From: Balanoglossus misakiensis
Taxonomy: Eukaryota > Animalia > Hemichordata
Direction: 5' to 3'
DNA length: 64,000 nucleotides
NCBI GenBank assembly: GCA_040954595.2
Contig: CM082586.2
Span: 6,434,509-6,498,508 of the forward strand
Shown: piece by piece, positions 48,085 to 58,092 of the stretch
Position numbering within the stretch: the stretch's first letter is position 1
Layout: each line of letters starts with the position of its first letter
Position numbers and translations under genes: made by a program
Notes under the pieces: generated by a model
The model's database searches: none
What the model saw: the letters and a program-made list of their open reading frames with translations, nothing else
Told to the model about the DNA's origin: nothing

Positions 48085-51000
48085 TCAAAAGACGGTCGTG
48101 TTTGTCTCCTCGTTCATGTCATCCGGGGTCTGCGATTCCATTTCACTGAACGTCGCCGGCGCCTCGCTGTATATGTTCTCTGCTTTTGTGTGATTCGTCG
48201 CCGTTGCGGGCGTTGCTTCTGTCTTCATGGCATTCATTTCGACCGCTGGGCGGCGCTGTCTGGTAGTTTTGGGCGCTGGTGTTCCAAGTTTCCTGCCGAA
48301 GGTGAGGACGTACAGCCAACCAGCGACAATACCTCCAGCCAATGGTCCCGCCATGTACACCTGGCGAAGTAATAAGAACCAATGGAGTTAACACTGGAGT
48401 TAAACAGACCATGTTCCGAATTCCACGAGACCCTGCGAGATTTCGCGTGACTATGCAGTTTGTACGAAGACTTTATCAAAATTGAAACTTACCCAAATAC
48501 CATCGTATATCCCCATGACAATGGCAGGACCAAGCGTTCTAGCAGGATTCATACTTGCACCCGTAAAACCAAGCTGTAACGATTCGAATGCGTCGACTGT
48601 TACTGGCGATGATGAAATCGAATAGACAGAGGGGAGTGTAATTCGGACTCAAGAGCATATAACGGAAGAGCATACGCAATTCTGATTAACGGACAGACAG
48701 ACAGACAGACACAATGCAAAATCAGAGATACTGTATCCAGTACACTTTTACTGCACCTACCCCAATAAGATTGCCAACAATGACGGCCAGTCCAACGGGC
48801 AGACCCCGAATTCCTGTCAGATTGCGCTTGGCGTCGAAGGTTGCAAAGACAGTGAAGACTAAGAGAAACGTGATCATGAATTCCATGGCGAAGCCCTGAA
48901 CTTCCGTCACTTCTTCGTCTAATCGCGTGGCTCCTAGGTAACCACGCACCGATTCGGGCGACATCCTGAAATAACAAAGGAATGAAACTTTGATTTTATC
49001 ATTGTAAATTTTAAACAATGCGAATGTTTTGTCAAACAGCGCTGTGACAGCTGCATAACACATGGTTTTATTTGTAGTTTTGGTTACTCTGGTTAACGTT
49101 CAATTTCAACAGTATATAAAAAAGTAATATATGGTATTTTTTTCCGAATAATGTACTAGTTCATTCGACCCATGTGAGTACTGGTGAATGAATAGCCAGA
49201 GATCGTAATAGCGCCCTCCAGCGGTGGTTTGAATCAACAGGTGTTTGAATGCAAGATGAACGACTCGTTCGGTCCACAATGAATAAACGTTGTTTAATGG
49301 CTTAAGACGCCAGCTGAAATTGATCTTACATAGTAAAATGGGCAACACCCCCTGTACTCGGGTCTTAAAATTCCAGACGATGTCCCATAATATTTAACGA
49401 GATCAAATTCCGACACGACATTCACCTAGGCTTGGTCTCAGTTGTTTTCACCGACGGGTCGGGCTGTTGATAGCCTTTAGTCAAGGACTTTCGATTCAAT
49501 TCAGTGTTTTAATTGATTTCGATGTAGTAGTTTAAAATTGAGTCAGTGAAATGTCAAACACATATTGACAAGAAAAGCGACAAAAATTCGTCTTAAAAAG
49601 AGCTGCCGATCGTTCGAGTCCAAATGATGTTGGATTCGCTGTACAGCATAGCTCGATTAACCTTACACCTCGGATAGTTCAAACTATCGGGCGAAAGTGT
49701 GAACGACAACTAAGGATCAGTCAACAGGATTACTGATACAATAACCGTAGAGATGTAAACAAAGAGTGCCGCTGTAAACAATGACAGAAGTCTTATTTGC
49801 ACGACCCCAACTCACGGAAATTTTGGTTAACGATCCACTTCTGAATTTTTTACGGCGCTTGTCTGCTTTCACTTTGTAAACAAAACGCGGTGATCAAAAT
49901 TTGTTGTCCTTCGGCGAATTCATTAATTCTTGACCTAGAGTGACCGGCCTCGTCGAGTCTAGTGCAGGCGTAAGGAAGGCTTCCCAGTCTTGGCGCGTTT
50001 TGGATCTCATTGACGAAATTAGCTGTTTCCTGAACGCGATTGAAAACTTACCTTCAATCTTTCTGTAAACATTCCTAATATTATCAGAGATGCATGTATT
50101 TTCTGTCAATACAGGCATGCGGCTTACAATGGAGATAACGGTGACATCATTTCAAGTTCTCATTTTTATGTCTTCCAATTTTTGTTTTCCTTGGTGATGG
50201 CAAATACCCAGTCCGTTGAGTACGTGCTTGTATTAGTACACTTATAAGTACTTTGTTTTTCAACTCGGCCAAAGTGATGACATTTTATGTTTGGCGTTTT
50301 CGTGCGTGCTGGTAGTTTGCTATATGTCACGAAACACACCTTTCAAATTTAACCAGGAGCGACTTTTTGCCCCGAGTTGAAACAACTTTCTGTCTGTGAA
50401 TAGTGGTCAGTGTTCTGTTTATTTGATTGCATTGCAGTAACGAGAAATATGTGTCATATGCATGTTTGCAAATACCTCCGGCAGTATGTAGCCCTGGCAA
50501 CGAGCCAACATTTGTTACACTCCGAGAAGAACAGGAACGTCTTTACAAAATCGTTAGTACGCACGAGTAGCCAGTGTGGCCGACTCAGAATAGAATCATG
50601 CGAATAACGTAAGAGAAAGGCAAATAAATCTATTTTGTATACAAGCAATTTTGGTATCGTCCGGACAATTCTTGCAGGCCGTATCGCTAATCTCCGCTAT
50701 TCACAGTTAGTTTCGTTCGGGGCCCTGAATCAACAAGCCTGGTGTTTTTTTTTCACCGCTGTATGCAATGAAGTTAAATGCAGTGCAGCTGTTAAAGTGT
50801 GGGCATTGTTTTCGCACGTGAAAGTGTGACATTCCAATGATGAAGCAGATGTCAACCCGCGAATCGGGGTTGTGGTTATGGGCCAGTGACCATGAAAGCG
50901 ACAAGCGTCTCTCAATCCGTGAAATACAAACCTGAATTGTGTTAGATTGAAGGAAACTAAAGGGACGTAGAAAGGCGGAAACTCCAGGTCATGGGTAATA

Positions 51001-51432
51001 TAGTGAACGGGGAGTACTGTGTACAGAATGGGATCGATCGTCCTCGACGATGTGTTAGCTTATATACGTAATAACCGAAGGCACTTACGCAAACAGCACC
51101 GCCGCTCCACCGATTCCCCCGCCGCACTGGAAGACGATGAAGATAACCGCCTGGAAGACGCCGATTCTGGCTGAAAACAGCATCCCCAGCGTCGTGGCCG
51201 GGTTGACGTGGCCGCCGCTGACGTGCTCAAAGCAGTGGACCAGGACGGCGTAGGAGAACCCGGCCGTGAAGGCGGCGAGGAGGACCTCCTGCACGCCCAC
51301 GCCGTACGAATACCAGTGCAGGAACGACGCGCACACCACGAAGACGTAGAGCAGAGTCGCCAGGCACTCGGCCACGACCGCCCGCCAAAACGACAGTTTG
51401 GAGAGGACGTCGGGATCCCATATTTTCGCCAT
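48085..51432 (-). CDS. Aquaporin 3 of cluster (AQP4/big-brain-like; 4 exons, about 301 aa)
   Basis: Exons 51089-51432, 48761-48965, 48493-48573, 48085-48360 (906 nt). Motifs [42 protein letters not shown]. Ends NTTVF*. Confidence 0.94.
48404..48480. repeat. Short interspersed repeat (probable transposon end) in aquaporin 3 intron 3
   Basis: AGACCATGTTCCGAATTCCACGAGACCCTGCGAGAT... is the approximate reverse complement of about 62548-62627. A third fragment lies at about 59455-59504. Confidence 0.7.
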
Positions 51433-52506
51433 TGCGGTCGTTCCGACGGGTTGAGACGATACAAAGTTGACCCGAGAGAGCAAATGAGAGTGTGCGGAAC
51501 ACAGTGGTGTCGTATATACTCAGGTGCGCGTCACGGTAGACCTGGGGCGGTTATTTACACTGGTACTTAAAAGTGAAAGGCCTGGCCCATCTAGAACTTT
51601 CATTTGTTTACGATCCCCACCTATGTCCCCTTTTAAATTTTGCATAATATACAAAACTAGGACACGGTCTTGTTTCAGTCTATTCAAGAAATGGGGACTC
51701 GTATCATATTACTGTCTGCTCTTTGTGAAAATGCGAACATTTGTTAATGGAATGTATCCGGACTGAAATCGAACTGAACTCAGGTTGGCTTTGTGACCGA
51801 ACTGTTGTACAGTGCATGTTTACGTTTTGAAGAACTGCCACCAGTTGCAGACATGTGTGTAATAGAGGGAGTGTGGCTGACGTCAGGCCGATAGTGAATT
51901 ATTTTTTCGATGATGTGCGCAGGTGCATATGGATATGTATCATGACACATAAAACGTGTAGGTGAATAAAAATCTAATCGTCATATTTTTTTCATTTCGC
52001 TGGCCAAGCGCCTGACAGCAAGTGACATAAGAAACACACATTACAAAATCAAGACAGTGACACTATAGTAAAGTCTCACTCGATTACACCCAAGGTGGCA
52101 TAATGAACTGAGAAAATAAAACGGAGGGAGCTATAACCTTTGATAATATATTTTTGATTTTTCTATTCTGTGTATCCACTACAGTTTACTCCGCACAGCA
52201 CGTTGTCCGGTGTCAAGCTTGTCGCCACAGCAGACATCATGTCTAACCGGCAATGTTATTGTTGACAACTGAATTTTAGTCCGGACTCATTAAAATAGTG
52301 AAGTACTAGAAACAGCAACAGTTACAGCTTTTGTCCCTTTAAGAAAAGCAGACCCGACGAAAATAGACGTGCTTTGGGTGGGATACGAGACAATCAATTG
52401 TAGACATTGATTAATCTGAGAGATTGTGTAATACTTTATGGCCACGTGCACGGGGACTGGACAGATAAGATTCATGTTGCCTAACTGGCTCTGACAAGCA
52501 ACTTGG

Positions 52507-55315
52507 TCACAAGCCCGTAGTTTCTGAAGCCACGTTTATAGTGTTCGCTCTTCCGCTGTTCTCGTCTTCTAACGTGAAAGCCACGTTGTCATGGTTATCG
52601 ATCTCCGCGGCTACAGTGCCTCGCGACATGCCGTCGGTGCCGTCGACAAACTTGACGGGGCGGTCGTCGTTGGCGAGGTACTGGCCCTTGCGATCGTCAG
52701 GGCCGTCGCTTTTTTGACTTCCCGCATCCGCGGTCGCCACCTTCCTGCCGAACGACAGCACGTACAACCAACCGGCAGCGACACCGCCGGCCAAAGGTCC
52801 CGCCCAAAATACCCAATGGTCGTCGAAGAGTCCAGTGATGACGGCGGGGCCGAGGGTTCTGGCTGGGTTAATGCTGACGCTGGTATAGCCAATCTGCAAG
52901 AAAGGAGACAAGAATCATTACACATAATCATTATGAGGATCATAAAAAATAAATTGCATTGTATTCTCGTCTAGTGAAATCCCAGGCGATAGTTCTTATT
53001 GAGCTGCTACGTTTTTGAGTCTCTGTGTAAACATTGGCAATCAGAGAATCACTTTGATAAAATTTATATTTTTGAGATAATATTTCCGTTCGTCATTCAT
53101 TGCCCTGTTTCTCCGCTTCCTTACATGTTCCGTCACATTCCTTTGTCAGTCAGTCAGTCAGTCAGTCAGTCAGTCAGTCTGTCTGTCTGTCTGTATGTAT
53201 GTCTGTCTGCATGACTGTCTGTCTGTCTCTCTGTCTGTCTCTTAATCCCTTCACTTACACTCACCCCTACGAGGTGAGCGATCACTACAGCCACTCCAAT
53301 GGCAAGAGGCTTGCTGCCGCTGATGGCATTCTTCTCGTCCACCGTGGCGAACACGGTGAACACCAACACGAAGGTCAACACAAACTCGACGCCGAAAGCC
53401 TGCATTTGCGAGATGTCTGGGTTCAAGGCGTTGGCTCCTATTGTGCCGCGTACGCCCTCTGGTGTTACTCTGAAATAGGAGAGAATTGTAACCATAGTTA
53501 CAAGACGTTTTGCACCCTTACATCAAGCAGAGTACTCACACACGTACGTGATCGCCTGAAGGGATCTACTCGATATCATAATCACTTGTAGAAAATGTTG
53601 ATTTTACGTTGGGGGACTGCTTAACAATTGAAATTAAAACGATATTGTAATTTTGATCAAGCTTACTTATAATTCACACTTATGGATTTTAACCAGATAA
53701 CCAGACTCAGATACGAATTACATAAATAAGTTCGCATATTTTCGGTATGAAAACGGCTATAAAATAATTTTTGAGCCGCAGCACACTTATTAATAAAAAA
53801 CACCATTTTCATACCATCCTAAATGTCGGGTTCAGCTCAAAACGTAAATATCCATTAATAATCAATATCACATTTATAAATAAATAAATAATTTGATCCT
53901 GTTTGTGTAATGACATACTCCCTTCATAAATAAAAGTGCGCTGATAAATAAATAATTATATCTTATATGTGTTCCGGAAACTCACTTCTCAACACAAGGA
54001 TAAGCTCTTTCTCTGGTACATTAGTACATGTGTAGTACGAGTAGTACAATTTTGAAATTTATTATAACTTACTATAAAATTACCAGCCTCCATTCTCCGT
54101 AAAATTGAAAGTTCAGGATCCGGAAAAATCCGGCCGGATGAGCGTGCTATAAATAGGTAAACCTTGAAATCTTACCAGTCGGTAAACAATGTAATGTACG
54201 CGGTATAGGGTCGGTATAGTTGGGGAAAATTAAAAAAAAATAGTACGTCTGTCTAAGTGTGGATCTGTTTGCTTGTCAAATTTCGCATCAGACAAAATTC
54301 TATTCTTGCAAACAGGGCGCGTTAGTGTGGTTATATGAGGTTATTACGAAAATACCGCAAAGTATGCACGAGGACATTAGCGCTGAGTATCGCCCGACGC
54401 GTAGCGGAGGGCGATGCGCTGCGCTAATGTCCGAGTGCATACTTTGCGGTATTTTCGTAATAACCTTATTATTATACATCTTACATCTCCGTTAGTTCTT
54501 GTGTTGCATGTTACTTGGCTTTCAAAACGCCCAAAATGCCGATACAATCGATCGAAAACCGCTCAGTTGACTCAGTGAGCAGCCATCTTTGTTTTTTGTT
54601 TACGTGTGCGCACGTGCGTTGGAATGCGGGCGCCTTGAAACCGTTCGCATAACAGCGCATACCTGTACACGGTGAGTTTGGGGCGCCTTGAAACTAAGGC
54701 TTATTTAACGCGCGTTCCGTACGTACCGTTCCGTACGGCTTTTTATTGCACGCCAGAATCTATTGTTCTCGGCACTAGATGTATAATAATGGCGTTTATT
54801 TTACTGCCATTTTCCTATTACGCAACAAGACTGTCGTCTCCATCCGTCGTAATCAGTCGCGTCGCTTCTTCAATTGTTGAAGATCAAAAGCAAGAAAGGC
54901 AGTTAAAGATCACCGTACAGATGGGTCTGACTGAAGCTACTTCGACTTACCCGTGAACAAGAGCGGCTCCTGCGATGGCACCAGCACACTGGGCGATCAC
55001 GTAGAAGACAGCCTTCAGTATTCCTATTTTCCCCGCGAACAACATCGCCACCGTGACGGCTGGGTTGATGTGGCCTCCGCTGATATCGCCGAAGCATTGC
55101 ACGAGGGTCGCGATGGCCAGACCAGCGGCGAGGGAGATCTGAACCACCGTCGGCGTCTTCTCGTCCCACGAAATCGTCGACGACAGCATGAAGAAGAGAA
55201 AGAGGAAGGTGGCCAGCAGCTCGGCGGCCACGGCTTGCCAGAAGAAGAGACACTTGTAGCAAGTGATGTCGCACAGTTTTGCAGAAGTTGACTGCGTCTG
55301 TCGTTCGCCTGCCAT
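52507..55315 (-). CDS. Aquaporin 4 of cluster (AQP4-like; only 3 exons, about 318 aa)
   Basis: Exons 54951-55315, 53265-53469, 52507-52893 (957 nt). Motifs [39 protein letters not shown]. Ends ETTGL*. Confidence 0.94.
53146..53241. repeat. Compound (CAGT)n/(CTGT)n microsatellite in aquaporin 4 intron 2
   Basis: Direct reading of the sequence. Confidence 0.95.
54338..54790. mobile_element. Hairpin-plus-inverted-repeat element in aquaporin 4 intron 1 (possibly a non-autonomous Crypton-type element)
   Basis: 129-bp near-perfect hairpin at 54338-54466 with loop region CGACGCGTAGCGGAG. Followed by ATTATTATACATCT (54468-54481), whose reverse complement is at 54777-54790. No target duplication seen. 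Confidence 0.6.
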
Positions 55316-55370
55316 GATCGGCGACGCTACTGGCTCGAGATCTGCGCACCTGGTACCGCGCAAGCTGTTT

Positions 55371-55480
55371 GTTACTGAATTCGAGGCCTTGCTCCTGAAT
55401 TTGAGACCTCGCTACTGAATTTGAGGCCTTGTTACTGAATATGGGGCCTTGTTACCGAATTTGAGGCCTTGCTACTAAAT
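55371..55480. repeat. 20-bp minisatellite (5.5 units) just upstream of the aquaporin 4 ATG
   Basis: Unit consensus G(T/C)TACTGAATTTGAGGCCTT. Confidence 0.92.
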
Positions 55481-57249
55481 CCGAAAATAAATGTGAGCCA
55501 ACGCCAATGTCACTTTCCCCCTCCAGCGTCATGACCGTTTCCCTGGAAACAACGCCATTGTTGCAACACGTTTTGGTGTGAAAATAAAAACTCCCGTGAG
55601 TTACAGACAATTCATGATAATTCTCTTACACGTCACAATAGCAGTGAGGCGAGATCATAGAATGAATAATTGAAAACAAAGCGATGCATATGATGGACGA
55701 ACTCTGTTTGGCGCAGGTTAATTATATAATAGTGTCTATCTGTGCGTTTGAATCAATGATTGAAAAAAAATACTAGAGATGAATACTTTTCGACCTAAAT
55801 GTTTTAGTTAGCATTTCCAGTGCATACTGGCACATCTATAGATTAGCTCCGAAATGTCACTTAGCTATGAATTAATATGTTGAAGTTTTAATCCGACTTC
55901 TCCGAAACCTTGCAAAGTAAGGGGTAATGTTATGCGAATTCACTCAACCGATCCGTCAGCCATGAAGACTTCGTAAAAAAACGTTAGTCTCAAGTCTGAT
56001 ATCACGCTCTCATACCACGGGATCAAGATAAATACTTTATCAGTTATCGCTTGATTTAATAAAATATATTTTATTATTTTACCCCAAAACCTCTGCCAGT
56101 ACTTAGTCTAACAAAACCATCATAGTTGTGACGCCCTTGTATATAGGGTCAAAACATCGACTTAGAAGTTAGACAACAAATTAACGCTGCAGCCTCTGGT
56201 TATACTGTAAGTTGGATAGAGCTAATGATGCGTTTCACCACGGCACATAATTTCCGTAGGATGTAGTTCCTGTCTCATACATCACTAAAATTACAGTTTT
56301 TTCCTGTTTTTGAAAGTCGCGTGGCCAAGAAAGGCGTTGTCTCCTGGCAACCCAAATTACCAAAATATAGATAGGTTCACTGCGTCCAACACGCAGAGTG
56401 TGTTCCTTTAATAGAAATGGGTTCCATGGCAACGAATTCCTCTTTATATCACATTTCATGGGGTTTTTTTTAGAAATGACACAATTATATAAACCTTGCT
56501 AGTTAGCAAATTGACTACACTGGACTGATCCAGTCGAGCTCGCTGTCAGCGTCCAAATTTGCTCGTGTGGATACTCCACTAATTGCTGTCGCCTGTGGGA
56601 GGTTGATAGGCGCACTGGCGTAACCAAGCGACGGCATGTCGAGATCCGCCATTACTTGATACAAAGAAGCGTGTGGTCACCGGGGAGGGCGGTGTTGTTC
56701 GTGTCTGACTGTCAGTGATGTAGCATGTATTTACTAACTTGTCGGCTTCTGACTGTTTGGTGTCTGGTCCGAGTTCTCTCTCCATTCTCCAGAGTTGAAA
56801 CTGCAACCTTGGGTGTTTTTTGTGTTCAAAATGAAATCCTTCCTCTCTGTCACACGGTATACTACAAAGGTGATCGAATCGACAACTGTTCGAAGAAATG
56901 ACATAATTGATGTAATTATATGCCAACTCCAATTTTGCTGTTAAGAGCTCTTTACGGGAGAGCATTCTCGTGAGCCCGAGTGTTTCATCCGCTCCACGAT
57001 GCTACGTAAATAGAATAACGCATGTAACCGTTGCGGTAGAGAAGCCCGAAGTGTACGAGTGAAATACAAAAAATGCTTATTACATACAAGAAGTTGCCTG
57101 CAAACACTGTGCATGACAATTCCCCGTCAATTCACCTACACCCATGCCGTGGAAATATACTAATATTCCAAATACATTACAATCAACAAATTATCAATTT
57201 TACAGTAATGACAATTATTTATATTTTTGCGAAATCATGGGTCTGTTAA

Positions 57250-58039
57250 CTACACTGTAATGACTGACGATGCACTGGCTTCGTCACCATCTTCTTGTGG
57301 TGCATCAGGTGACTCGACCTCTTCGTCTGGTCGCGGATCTTCGTGAGCTGCGTCCGTGGCGCTCTCCTGGTGGGGGTCTGCAAGAGATTCGAATCCCTGC
57401 ACCATCTCCGACACGCGCCCTCCTCTGCTTGGTTTCAGTTGGGAACTGAGGTTCTCCAGCGCGCTCGTCAGGTCCCGGATGCTGTCGGCCATGGCGAGCC
57501 TGCTCCGCTCTTGCTCGAGGATTTGTCTCTGCATGTCGGTCAGCCGGTCTTCCAGCGTCGTCAGCATGCCGCGCCTCTGCTGCTCTTTGGAGGCGAAGTC
57601 GCCCTGCATCTCCTTGATGGCTCCGGTGCCCTCCTCCTTGCTTGTCTGCACTTCCGACTGCAGGTTGTTGAACCAGTCGGTCAGCATGGTCAACCCTCTC
57701 TTCTCTTGCTCTTGTTGTTCAACTTGTACGTTGGACAGCGTCCGTTCCAGGATTTGCAGGACGCTGTTCCCCCGTTCGGTGGAACTCATCAGCTCGTTCC
57801 TGCTTTCTTTCAGTACCTCGTTGTCTTGCAGTTTGTTGCTGTCGATCTGTGTCATGACTTCCTTTATACCACCGGAGATTGCGTCACCCCTTGTGTTGAA
57901 GTGGTCGACCGCTTGTTTAATGCGTTGTCCGATTCCATACACTTCGTACCTAAAAACGCCAAACAACATAAACACATTGTAATAATATGTCCTGGTCATT
58001 GTCACATATCGGACGTAGCACACACCATCGTTAATTTGG

Positions 58040-58092
<53 letters not shown>

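Noticed and set aside
52411-52509. Stop-codon readthrough of aquaporin 4, by analogy to vertebrate AQP4ex (31 open codons after TGA-C)
   Set aside because: The context is TGA-CCAA rather than TGA-CTAG, and an open stretch of this length is expected by chance.
55371-55480. Possible CRISPR-like array
   Set aside because: The units are contiguous with no unique spacers, the context is eukaryotic, and no cas genes are present.
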